64,000 nt of DNA from Balanoglossus misakiensis (Eukaryota; Animalia; Hemichordata), in the NCBI GenBank assembly GCA_040954595.2, contig CM082593.2, positions 6,394,172 to 6,458,171 on the forward strand, read 5' to 3'. A program made the translations under genes and the position numbers. Positions within the stretch are counted from its first letter, which is position 1, and every line of letters begins with the position of its first letter. The notes beneath the pieces are model-generated. The model had not been told where the DNA came from. It did not search any database and saw only the letters and a list, made by a program, of their open reading frames with translations. Below, piece after piece: positions 63,936 through 64,000 of this stretch.

Positions 63936-64000
63936 GACTGGTTTGCGGCCGATCGTCTTCACCAGGACGTCTCACTTCCGCCGCTGAACTTTCCACCGTT
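63936..64000 (-). CDS. Second Dmbx-like paralogue, 3' end of the penultimate exon (runs off the window)
   Basis: Open frame TVESSAAEVRRPGEDDRPQTS and a phase-1 donor C|gtaagt, compatible with the acceptor at 63637. Confidence 0.7.

Overview
Eukaryotic (animal, probably invertebrate) genomic DNA with GT-AG spliceosomal introns. Most short ORFs in the supplied track are noise. Four genes are supported. (1) A minus-strand BTB-BACK (Kelch-like) gene starts at 1150 and splices out of the left edge. (2) A plus-strand heparan sulfate N-deacetylase/N-sulfotransferase (NDST/sulfateless) has 11 coding exons at 29812-37285 (about 892 aa). Its putative non-coding 5' exons reach back about 28 kb to a promoter shared head-to-head with gene 1. 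(3) A complete minus-strand K50 paired-like homeobox gene, Dmbx, has 5 exons at 47427-54250 (about 409 aa) and a C-terminal OAR motif. (4) The last two exons of a tandem Dmbx-like paralogue lie at the right edge. The window also holds several MITE/foldback families, a 40-bp minisatellite and microsatellites. The strongest leads are a 125-nt candidate intron in the NDST leader that would switch between an overlapping uORF chain and an in-frame start, an array of about 14 short motifs just after the NDST stop, the tandem Dmbx duplication, and a perfect P3C site inside Dmbx intron 1. All exon boundaries were read by eye and need transcript confirmation.
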